A stretch of DNA of 64,000 nucleotides from an uncultured Gemmatimonadales bacterium. Lineage in GTDB: Bacteria; Gemmatimonadota; Gemmatimonadetes; Longimicrobiales; RSA9. This document shows positions 1 to 7,896 of the stretch, piece after piece (the stretch's first letter is position 1; each line of letters starts with the position of its first letter). The notes under the pieces were generated by a model. It saw only the letters and a list, made by a program, of their open reading frames with translations, ran no database searches and was not told the DNA's origin. Where the stretch lies: the NCBI GenBank assembly GCA_963783305.1, contig CAWAMW010000016.1, forward strand, positions 480,001 through 544,000. The letters are read 5' to 3'. The position numbers and the translations under genes were made by a program.

Positions 1-2
1 CG

Positions 3-665
3 GGCGCGTTCCACGACCCGGCGCTGGTGGTGGTGGACCCGGAGCTGCTCGGCACGCTGCCGCTGCACGAGCTGCGGGCGGGGATGGCGGAGGCGGTGAA
101 GCACGGTGCCATCGCCGACGCCGGGTACCTCGAGACCCTGGCCGCGAGCGCCCCGGGGATCCTGGACCGCGATCCGGACGCGCTGGGTCGGGTCGTGAGC
201 GGGTCGATCCGTATCAAGGTGGGGGTGGTGGAGCGGGACGCACGGGAATCGGGCGAGCGGGCGATCCTGAATTTCGGTCATACGATCGCCCACGGGATCG
301 AGCGCGCGTCGGGGTACGCGGTGAGGCATGGGGACGCCGTCGCCATGGGGATGGTGGCGGAGTGCAGGGTGGGCGATCGGCTCGGCGTGACCCGTCCGGG
401 GACCGAAGCGGCATTACGCGCGGTCCTCGAGGCGTTCGGTCTCCCGGTCTCGCTGCCGCCCCGGCTCGACCCCGCGGCCGTGCTGGAGGGCGCCCGCTCC
501 GACAAGAAGGCGCGGGACGGCCGCGTGCGGTACGCGCTGATCGAGGCGGTAGGGCACCCGGCCCGCGCCGACGACGGCAGCTGGACCCGAGCGGTCCCCA
601 ACGCGGTCGCCGAGGCCGCGCTCCACGACATGGAACGGGACACCGGAGGCCGGAGCGAGGTTTGA
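3..665 (+). CDS. aroB: 3-dehydroquinate synthase (5' truncated by window edge)
   Basis: GAFHDP, G-x-AEAVKHG, ERAILNFGHTIAH, HGDAVAMGM and DKK motifs; frame open to the window start. Confidence 0.95.
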   Translation, partial: GAFHDPALVVVDPELLGTLPLHELRAGMAEAVKHGAIADAGYLETLAASAPGILDRDPDALGRVVSGSIRIKVGVVERDARESGERAILNFGHTIAHGIERASGYAVRHGDAVAMGMVAECRVGDRLGVTRPGTEAALRAVLEAFGLPVSLPPRLDPAAVLEGARSDKKARDGRVRYALIEAVGHPARADDGSWTRAVPNAVAEAALHDMERDTGGRSEV

Positions 666-690
666 CGGTCCTCCGCGCCGCCCGTATCTT
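662..690 (+). promoter_or_regulatory. sigma70-type promoter for the acyl-CoA ligase
   Basis: TTGACG-17 nt-TATCTT overlapping the aroB stop codon. Confidence 0.6.
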
Positions 691-756
691 TTCGTCGGTT
701 TTTGCTGGGAGAGCCCGTTCCCAGGGGAACGGGTTTGGCTTACCCCGGACGGAGGC

Positions 757-2358
757 GTGATGGCGCTCGCCGAGCGCGTTAGAGGGAAAACGGTTGCCCA
801 GGCACTGGATGCGCGGGTGGCGGAGGATGCGGACCGCCTCTTCCTCATCTCGGGAGATCAGCGCCTGACGTACGGTCAGGTCAATCATCGTGCGACCGCT
901 CTCGCGGCCTCTCTGCGGGAGCTGGGGATCGAAGCGGGAGATCGGATCGCCCTCGACCTCCCGAACTGGCCGGAGTTCGTCATCTCGCTGTTCGCCGCGG
1001 CCCGCCTGGGCGCGGTCATTGTTCCGCTCAATCCGCGCTACACGGTGCCGGAGCTCCAGTACATGCTCCGCCACAGCGAGGCGGCGGCGGTGGTCTCCGC
1101 CGAGGAGTTCGGCGGCGTGGACTATCTGGAGCTGTTCGAGACGTTTCTTACGTCTCTACCGGAGCTCCAGTACCTGCTGACGGTGGGGGAGGCGGATCTC
1201 TGGTACGACGATCGGATCTACCAGTTCGAGGACCTGGTCTCCAGCGGCGAGAGCCGCACGCTGGAGCCGGCGGAAGTGGCGCCGGACGATACGTTCGCCA
1301 TTCTCTACACGTCCGGGACCACGGGGAAGCCGAAGGGCGTGGCGCTCACCCACGCCAGCATGCTGGAGACCGCCGCGGCCACGGTGGACGCGGTGGGGTT
1401 GAGCCGGGATGACGTGGTGTTCGGCGTGACCACCGTCTTCCACGTGTTCGGCCTCGGCCCCGGAATCCTGGGAACGCTCGTGGCCGGTGCCACGCTGGTG
1501 CTACAGGAGCAGTTCGAGCCGGCCTCCGCACTGTCGCTCATCCAGGAGCATCGGGCGACCGTCCATTACGGGGTCCCGACGGTCTTCATCACGGAGCTCC
1601 GGGAGCTCGAGGAGCAGGACTACGACCTGTCGTCGCTGCGCGCCGGAATCGTGGCGGGGGCACCCGTGGGCGATGACCTGGTCCGGAGGATCCGGAGCGA
1701 GCTGTGCCCGAACCTCTGCGTGGCGTATTCGCTGACGGAAACGGCGTCCGCGGTGGCGATCACCCGCCCCGATGACCCGGAAGAGAAGCAGGTCTTCACG
1801 GTGGGTCGGCCGCTGGCCGGGACGGATTTGAGGATCGTGGATTTCGACGGCAGCATCCTGCCGGAGGAAAGTCTGGGGGAGATCGGGGTACGAGGACCCG
1901 GTGTGATGAAAGGCTACTATCGGCAGCCTGGGGAGACGTCCCACGCATTCGACGAGGACGACTATTTCCAGACCGGCGATCTGGGCATGCTTGACGAGGA
2001 GGGCTACCTTCACATCGTCGGTCGGCGCAAGGAGCTGATCATCCGCGGGGGCTTCAACGTCTATCCCCGTGAAGTGGAGGACCGACTGCACGCTCACCCG
2101 GCCGTGATGGACGTGGCCGTGGTGGGGCTGCCGCACGAGGTCCTCGGAGAAGTGGCATGCGCGTGCATCGTGCCTGTCGAAGGCGCGATCATCACCGGTG
2201 AAGAAATCAAGGAATGGTGCCGGGGCGCGCTGGCGGACTTCAAGGTCCCTGACCTGGTCCGCTTCTTCGATACGTTCCCGATGACGGGGAGCGGGAAGGT
2301 GCGGCGGGTGGAGCTGGCGAGGATGTTGAGCGCCGAGGAATCCAGCCGCAGGCCGTAG
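757..2358 (+). CDS. AMP-binding enzyme, long-chain-fatty-acid--CoA ligase family
   Basis: YTSGTTGKPKG, YSLTET, TGDLG, GRRKELIIRGGFNVYPREVE and SGKV motifs; GGAGG RBS. Confidence 0.9.
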   Translation: MMALAERVRGKTVAQALDARVAEDADRLFLISGDQRLTYGQVNHRATALAASLRELGIEAGDRIALDLPNWPEFVISLFAAARLGAVIVPLNPRYTVPELQYMLRHSEAAAVVSAEEFGGVDYLELFETFLTSLPELQYLLTVGEADLWYDDRIYQFEDLVSSGESRTLEPAEVAPDDTFAILYTSGTTGKPKGVALTHASMLETAAATVDAVGLSRDDVVFGVTTVFHVFGLGPGILGTLVAGATLVLQEQFEPASALSLIQEHRATVHYGVPTVFITELRELEEQDYDLSSLRAGIVAGAPVGDDLVRRIRSELCPNLCVAYSLTETASAVAITRPDDPEEKQVFTVGRPLAGTDLRIVDFDGSILPEESLGEIGVRGPGVMKGYYRQPGETSHAFDEDDYFQTGDLGMLDEEGYLHIVGRRKELIIRGGFNVYPREVEDRLHAHPAVMDVAVVGLPHEVLGEVACACIVPVEGAIITGEEIKEWCRGALADFKVPDLVRFFDTFPMTGSGKVRRVELARMLSAEESSRRP

Positions 2359-2637
2359 TCGGAATCGGTACCCCGGAGCGAGTCGCGGACGCCGCGTCTC
2401 ACCCGGACCCGATGTGGCTACGGAGCAGCAGCAGGGCCGGACGGGAGGAACCCGCCGGACGACACAGTGAAGCGCGGCAGAGCGCCGCGCGGGTCCCGAG
2501 ACTCCTCGTGGGCCGGTACGCAGGAGACGCAGGTCGGCTTTCGCGCGACATCCGCCCGAAACCCGAGCCCGGAACCTGTTCCCCGGTAGCGAGAGGCCTC
2601 GCGACATTACAGCAAACAGAAGGACAACGCGAGGAAC

Positions 2638-4854
2638 ATGCAGAACTTTGTTAATGCTCCGCACCGGGGCGAAACTCGAGGCGCTGCTACAGGCGCGCCC
2701 AATGCAGCACTGCTCATCGATTTCGATAACGTGACGATGGGTATCCGCAGTGATCTCACCCGCCAGATGAAGGACCTCCTCTCCAGCGACATCATCCGCG
2801 GCAAGGTGGCCGTTCAGCGGGCGTACGCCGACTGGCGGCGCTATGCGCAGTACATCGTCCCGCTCAGCGAAGCGTCCGTCGATCTGATCTTCGCCCCTGC
2901 TTATGGCAGCTCGAAGAAGAACGCGACGGACATCCGGCTGGCGATCGACGCGCTGGAGCTGGTTTTCACCCGGCCCGAGATCGGGACGTTCATCCTGCTC
3001 TCCGGCGACTCCGACTTCAGCAGCCTGGTCCTGAAGCTGAAGGAGTACGGGAAGTACGTGATCGGCGTGGGCCTTCGGGAGTCCGCTTCGGACCTGCTGG
3101 TGCAGAACTGCGACGAGTACTTCAGCTATTCGTCGCTGACGGGTCTGACGAAGGCGGGCGAGGAGGAGACCGTCGGCGCCATGGACCCGTGGGAGCTGGT
3201 GGAGCGTTCGGTGAACCAGATGGCCGACGACAATGACGTAATGCGGTCGGACCGGCTGAAGCAGGTGATGCTGGACCTGGACCCGAACTTCGACGAGGCC
3301 GAGATCGGCTACAGCAAGTTCAACAAGTTCCTGACGGAGGCCGCGTCGCGGAACCGGCTGGCGTTGCGCAAGCTCGGCAATGGTCAGTACGAGGTGCAGC
3401 CGTTGACGGAGGGCGGGGCAGCGGCCCGGGAGGAGCCGAAGAGCCGCGGCCGGCGCGAGGAAGCGCGAGGCCGGGGCCGGAAGCGACCGGAGCCGCCGAA
3501 GGAAATGGCGGCCGAGTCGCCGCGGGAGCAGGTCCGGGAGCAGACCCGTGAGCGGGCCCGCGCGGCGGAGAAGCCGAAGCCGGAGCCGAAGACGCGGGAG
3601 CGCCGAGCCGAGGACGTGGAGCACGGCTACGACCTGCTCAAGCAGGCGATCCGCGACCTGATCGAAGAATCGGGCGGTGCGGCGCGCGACTCGGACATCA
3701 AGCGGAAGATGCTGGAGCTCGAGACGGGCTGGGACGAGTCGGAGCTGGGCTTCACGAAGTTCAGCCGCTTCCTCCGCCAGGCGCATGACGCGGAGGTCAT
3801 CGACCTCCAGCGCACGAGCGAAGGATACTACGAGGCGCGTCTGCCCTCAGGCGCGGGCGGCTCGGTTTCCAAGCGTGAGTCGGGTGGCCGTGGCCGCGGC
3901 GAGCGGGGCCGAAGCGAGACGCGTCCGTCCGCCCAGCCGCGCACGGACGAGGCTACCGCGCGGAGGCCGGAGCGTCGGGAGGAGGAGCCGAAGGCCGAGG
4001 TCAAGCGGGAGGAGCCGAAGCCGGAGCCGCGACGGGAGCAGGCAAAGGCCGAGACCCGGCCGGAGTCGAAGCCGGAGCCCGAGCCGGAGTCGCGGTCGGA
4101 GCAGCCGAAGTCTGAGTCGAAGCCGGAGTCGCGGCCGGAGCAGCCGAAGTCGGAATCGCGGCCGGAGTCACGGCCGGAGCAGCCTAAGTCCGAGGCGAAG
4201 CCGGAGCAGCCGAAGGCGGAGCAGCCCAAGGCAGCGCCGAAGGCGGAGGCGACGCCGCGCTATGGCCGTCGCGACCGCCGAGGCAAGGTGAGCGATGGTC
4301 CGCCGCCGCTGCTTCCGGGTCAGGCGGTGGGCGGGACGACGGGTGGCGGGAACGCGGAGGCCTCCGCGGCGGAGACGACGCGGGTAGAGCCGTCGAAGCC
4401 GATGGAGAAGCCGGCGCAGAAGGAGAAGCCGGCGCAGGAGACCGCGGCGAAGGAGACCGCGGCAATGGGGGATGCGGAGCCGGCGGTGAGCGGTCCCGGG
4501 GCGCGCGTCGAGACGGCGCCCGCAGCGGGCGGCCCGGCGGAAGCCGAGAAGGCGCCGCGTGAGGCGCCCGGCGCGCCAGCGTTCGATCCGGAGGAGATCG
4601 GGCTGCCGACGGAGGCGGGCGCCGTGATCCGGTACCTGTCGAACAGCTACCAGGGGGTGGGCCAGAAGACGGCGGAGGCGCTGATCGAGGCCTTCGGCGC
4701 GGATCGTGTATTCAACGGTCTGAACAGCCAGCCGGAGACGGTGCGTGAAGTGCTGGGCAGTGGCAGGCGGACCGATATCCTGCTCGAGGCGTGGGAGCGG
4801 GATCACCGCCGTCGCACCACGGCCGGAGCGGCGGACAAGCAGCCCGCCAGCTGA
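2638..4854 (+). CDS. NYN (LabA/DUF88) domain protein with two OST-HTH/LOTUS domains, a long charged linker and a C-terminal helix-hairpin-helix
   Basis: IDFDN, KNATDIRLAIDA and SGDSDF NYN motifs; two FDE/WDE-x-x-(I/L)G(Y/F)xKFxxFL LOTUS signatures; YQGVGQKTAEALIEAFG HhH. Confidence 0.85.
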   Translation: MQNFVNAPHRGETRGAATGAPNAALLIDFDNVTMGIRSDLTRQMKDLLSSDIIRGKVAVQRAYADWRRYAQYIVPLSEASVDLIFAPAYGSSKKNATDIRLAIDALELVFTRPEIGTFILLSGDSDFSSLVLKLKEYGKYVIGVGLRESASDLLVQNCDEYFSYSSLTGLTKAGEEETVGAMDPWELVERSVNQMADDNDVMRSDRLKQVMLDLDPNFDEAEIGYSKFNKFLTEAASRNRLALRKLGNGQYEVQPLTEGGAAAREEPKSRGRREEARGRGRKRPEPPKEMAAESPREQVREQTRERARAAEKPKPEPKTRERRAEDVEHGYDLLKQAIRDLIEESGGAARDSDIKRKMLELETGWDESELGFTKFSRFLRQAHDAEVIDLQRTSEGYYEARLPSGAGGSVSKRESGGRGRGERGRSETRPSAQPRTDEATARRPERREEEPKAEVKREEPKPEPRREQAKAETRPESKPEPEPESRSEQPKSESKPESRPEQPKSESRPESRPEQPKSEAKPEQPKAEQPKAAPKAEATPRYGRRDRRGKVSDGPPPLLPGQAVGGTTGGGNAEASAAETTRVEPSKPMEKPAQKEKPAQETAAKETAAMGDAEPAVSGPGARVETAPAAGGPAEAEKAPREAPGAPAFDPEEIGLPTEAGAVIRYLSNSYQGVGQKTAEALIEAFGADRVFNGLNSQPETVREVLGSGRRTDILLEAWERDHRRRTTAGAADKQPAS
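4084..4200 (+). repeat. in-frame 39-bp tandem repeat (about 3 copies, PESR(S/P)EQPKSExx) inside the NYN gene
   Basis: Direct inspection of DNA and protein. Confidence 0.75.
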
Positions 4855-4951
4855 AGGATGGCGGTGCCGGCGGATGCCGGCGGGGCAGAACACGCGCCGG
4901 GGCGCTCCGAGAGGGGCGCCCCGGCGTCTTCATGCGGTGGAGGGAGATGGA

Positions 4952-5578
4952 ATGGAGCAGAGCCCGGAGGACGGGACGGAGGGGCTGGACGCGTTGAACG
5001 GAGAGCCGCTGGCGCGCACGTTCTACGCTCGGCCCGCACGGGAGGTCGCCGAGTCGCTCATCGGTAAGGTCGTGCTCACCACAACGGGCGACGGTCCCAC
5101 GGCCGGCCGGATCGTGGAAACGGAGGCGTACACGGGACCCGAGGACCCCGCCTCGCATGCCGCCGAGCGCACCGGCCGAACGCAGCGGAACAGCGCGATG
5201 TTCGGCCCGCCCGGCACGGCGTACATCTACCTTTCGTATGGCATCCACTGGTGCCTGAACGCGGTGACGGACCGAGAGGACCATCCGGGTGCGGTGCTGA
5301 TTCGCGCGCTGGAGCCCGTGGAGGGCTTGCCCACCATGCGACTCCGGCGCGGGATGCCGGATCGAGATCTGGCCCGCGGCCCCGGCCGTCTCTGTCAGGC
5401 GCTGGCGATCACCGGAGCGCTGAACGGCCACGCCCTGGATCGGCCTCCACTCCTTTTCCAGAGTGCCCCCGCCGTGCCTCCCGAAGCGATTGGAAGAGGG
5501 CCCAGGATCGGAATCAACAAGGCCGCCGACTGGCCGCTCCGGTTCACTCTTCGCGGGAGCCGCTACCTCTCTCGTTGA
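4952..5578 (+). CDS. mpg: DNA-3-methyladenine glycosylase (AAG/MPG family)
   Basis: GRIVETEAY, MFGPPGTAYIYLSYGIHWCLN, AVLIRALEP, GPGRLCQAL and GPRIGI motifs. Confidence 0.93.
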   Translation: MEQSPEDGTEGLDALNGEPLARTFYARPAREVAESLIGKVVLTTTGDGPTAGRIVETEAYTGPEDPASHAAERTGRTQRNSAMFGPPGTAYIYLSYGIHWCLNAVTDREDHPGAVLIRALEPVEGLPTMRLRRGMPDRDLARGPGRLCQALAITGALNGHALDRPPLLFQSAPAVPPEAIGRGPRIGINKAADWPLRFTLRGSRYLSR

Positions 5579-5615
5579 CCGGCCATGTCACTGCATCCGG
5601 TACGAGCCCGCGACG

Positions 5616-5631
5616 TGGCACGGGGCCTGCT
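5616..5631 (+). promoter_or_regulatory. sigma54 (RpoN) -24/-12 promoter
   Basis: TGGCACGGGGCCTGCT versus consensus TGGCACG-N4-TTGCW; exact GG-N10-GC spacing. Confidence 0.7.
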
Positions 5632-5682
5632 CCCATAGCGGTGTGATCAATCTGATTTCCCAGTATAACCGAGGAGGCTTAC

Positions 5683-5877
5683 ATGGCGACGGTCCCAGGA
5701 CCCGATCCGGACAAGCCCACGCCCATGCCAGGAGCGCCGGCCAAGGAACCGCCGCGGGAGGAGCCGGAGCGGTATGAGCCGGCGCCGCGTCGATCCGATG
5801 ACCCGGAGTTCGATCGGCCGGAGAAGTGGACGCCGGAGAAGGAAGAAGAGGATGTAGGGGCCCCGACCCCGATCTGA
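5683..5877 (+). CDS. small Pro/Glu-rich hypothetical protein (64 aa, probably disordered)
   Basis: Strong GAGGAGG RBS, upstream sigma54 motif, downstream terminator; fills the mpg-etfB gap. Confidence 0.65.
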   Translation: MATVPGPDPDKPTPMPGAPAKEPPREEPERYEPAPRRSDDPEFDRPEKWTPEKEEEDVGAPTPI

Positions 5878-5969
5878 CGATCGGTTCGGTGGAGCTACAG
5901 AGGTGCGGGCGCGCCGGGAGCAGCTCTCCTGAACCGGGTGCGCGGGCATCGGATCTCCGACCCCTGTTG

Positions 5970-5997
5970 GAAAAGGCGGCGCTCGCGCCGCCTTTTC
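5970..5997. terminator. intrinsic terminator, potentially bidirectional
   Basis: GAAAAGGCGGCG-CTCG-CGCCGCCTTTTC perfect inverted repeat. Confidence 0.75.
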
Positions 5998-6057
5998 TCT
6001 TGTCTGGCCACGGCCTACATTCCGGGCGAACGAGTACCCTGGACCAAGGAGTGAGCT

Positions 6058-6801
6058 GTGAGAACAGCAGTGTGCATAAAGCGGGTGCCGGACACGGAGG
6101 CGCGCGTGAAGGCGGCGGGCGACTCGGTGGACACGAGCGGAGCCAAGTTCATTGTGAGCCCGTATGACGAGTTTGCCATGGAGGCGGCGCTTCGGCTGAA
6201 GGAGGCCGTGGGCGAGGGAGAGACGGTGGCGATCTCGCTGGGCGGGAGCGAGGTGGGCGAGCAGCTTCGGAGCGCGCTGGCCATGGGCGCCGATCGCGCG
6301 ATCCGTCTGGATGGGCAGGGCGGCGTGGACGGCCTGGAAGTCGCGCGGGCGCTGGCGGCGGAGCTGGAGGGAGGGGAGTTCGATCTGATCCTGTTCGGCT
6401 CGAAGGCGGCGGACGACGACCAGCAGCAGGTGGGTCCGATGACGGCCGAGCTGCTGGGTCTGCCGTGCGTGACGGTAGTGGCGGAGGTCGCGGTGGAGGA
6501 AGGAAAGGTCGTCTGCCACCGTGAGGTGGAGGGTGGCACGGAGATCGTCGAGATAGAGATGCCGGCCGTGGTGACCATCACGAAGGGTCCGCACGAGCCG
6601 CGCTACCCGTCGCTGAAGGGGATCATGGCGGCGAAGAAGAAGCCGCTGGAGGAGAAGCCGGCGGAGGTCCGGGACGCGCGCATCAAGGTACGTGGGTATC
6701 GGGACCCCGAGGAGCGGCCGGCGGGGAAGATCGTGGGCGAAGGTCCGGACGCGGTTCCGGAGCTGGTTCGCCTGCTTCGTGACGAAGCCAAAGTCCTGTA
6801 G
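6058..6801 (+). CDS. etfB: electron transfer flavoprotein beta subunit
   Basis: VCIKRVPD, PYDEFAMEAAL, ALAMGADRA and EPRYPSLKGIMAAKKK motifs. Confidence 0.96.
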   Translation: MRTAVCIKRVPDTEARVKAAGDSVDTSGAKFIVSPYDEFAMEAALRLKEAVGEGETVAISLGGSEVGEQLRSALAMGADRAIRLDGQGGVDGLEVARALAAELEGGEFDLILFGSKAADDDQQQVGPMTAELLGLPCVTVVAEVAVEEGKVVCHREVEGGTEIVEIEMPAVVTITKGPHEPRYPSLKGIMAAKKKPLEEKPAEVRDARIKVRGYRDPEERPAGKIVGEGPDAVPELVRLLRDEAKVL

Positions 6802-6810
6802 GAGGCGAAC

Positions 6811-7797
6811 ATGGCGAATGTACTGGCAGTAGCGGAGACGCGGGATGGCGATCTGAAGCCGGTGTCACGGGAGGTGGTCACCGCGGCGCGCAAGGTCGCC
6901 GACGGGATCGGTGGCAACGTGGAGGTGCTGGTGGTGGGCGGGAGCGGCACGGCCGAGGCGGCCCGGTCGTTGAGCCGCTACGGCGCGGACCGCATCCTCA
7001 CGGTCGAGCACGACGACCTGGCGACGTATCAGCCGGAGGGGTACACCACCGTCATCGCCGAGCAGGCGAAGGCGGGCGATTACTACGCCGTGCTGTTCCC
7101 GGCCACGGCGGCGGGGCGTGACGTGGCGCCCCGGGTGGCGGCGCGGCTGGATGTCCCGCTGGCCACGGAGATCACCGGGCTCGAGATGGATGGCGACGAG
7201 ATGGTGGTGACTCGGCCGCTGTACGGCGGGAAGGTCTTCGCTGAGCTGACGCTGGACGCCACGCCCCGGATCGCCAGCCTGAGGGGCAACGTATTCCGGC
7301 CGGAAGAGAACCCGAGGGAAGCCACGGTCGAGTCAGTGGACGCCTCCGTGGACGCGGGCGCCTGGAAGGTGAAGGTGCGGGAGTTGAAGGAGTCCGCCGG
7401 TGACCGGCCGGACGTGGCCGAGGCTTCGACCGTGGTCAGCGGAGGCCGCGGTCTGAAGGAGGCGGAGAACTGGACGCTGATCGAGGAGCTGGCCGACGCC
7501 CTGGGCGATGGCGTGGGCCTCGGCGCGTCCCGCGCCGTGGTGGACGCCGGCTGGCGACCCCACTCCGAGCAGGTGGGCCAGACGGGCAAGATCGTGGCTC
7601 CACAGCTCTACTTCGCCATCGGGATCAGCGGCGCGATCCAGCACCTGGCGGGAATGCGTACCGCGGGAACGATCGTGGCCATCAACAAGGACCCGGACGC
7701 GCCCATCTTCAAGGTGGCCGACTACGGCATCGTGGGGGACGCGTTCGAGGTGGTGCCGAAGCTGACCGAGGAGATCCGGAGCAGGAGGCAGGAGTAG
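6811..7797 (+). CDS. etfA: electron transfer flavoprotein alpha subunit
   Basis: VVSGGRGL, GASRAVVDAGW, QVGQTGK and GISGAIQHLAGM motifs. Confidence 0.97.
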   Translation: MANVLAVAETRDGDLKPVSREVVTAARKVADGIGGNVEVLVVGGSGTAEAARSLSRYGADRILTVEHDDLATYQPEGYTTVIAEQAKAGDYYAVLFPATAAGRDVAPRVAARLDVPLATEITGLEMDGDEMVVTRPLYGGKVFAELTLDATPRIASLRGNVFRPEENPREATVESVDASVDAGAWKVKVRELKESAGDRPDVAEASTVVSGGRGLKEAENWTLIEELADALGDGVGLGASRAVVDAGWRPHSEQVGQTGKIVAPQLYFAIGISGAIQHLAGMRTAGTIVAINKDPDAPIFKVADYGIVGDAFEVVPKLTEEIRSRRQE

Positions 7798-7892
7798 GAG
7801 GCAGGAGTAGGAGGCAGGAGTAGGAGGCAGGAGTAGGAGGCAGGAGTAGGAGGCAGGAGGCATCTTACTCTTGCCTCCTACTCCTGCCTCCT
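7783..7892. repeat. 13-bp tandem repeat AGGAGGCAGGAGT (5 full copies plus 12/13) followed by two inverted copies
   Basis: Direct copies at 7783-7859; inverted ACTCTTGCCTCCT (7867-7879) and ACTCCTGCCTCCT (7880-7892). Confidence 0.95.
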
Positions 7893-7896
7893 AATC

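Noticed and set aside
2430..2600. c-di-AMP (ydaO) riboswitch
   Set aside because: GGAGGAACC and CCCG...CCCGGTAG fragments resemble it, but the GGGGTGAATC, TAGGG and CAGCTAAC elements are absent.
1501..3786. Long antisense and alternative-frame ORFs here and elsewhere (for example 8047-9984, 11606-14053, 22632-24197, 28651-30105, 39540-41093, 58167-59702)
   Set aside because: They overlap well-supported genes, have no recognisable motifs, and are expected shadows of high-GC codon bias.
5895..5965. Lysine riboswitch (AGAGGTGCG)
   Set aside because: Only the first 9 nt match, the region is too short, and the downstream gene (etfB) does not fit.
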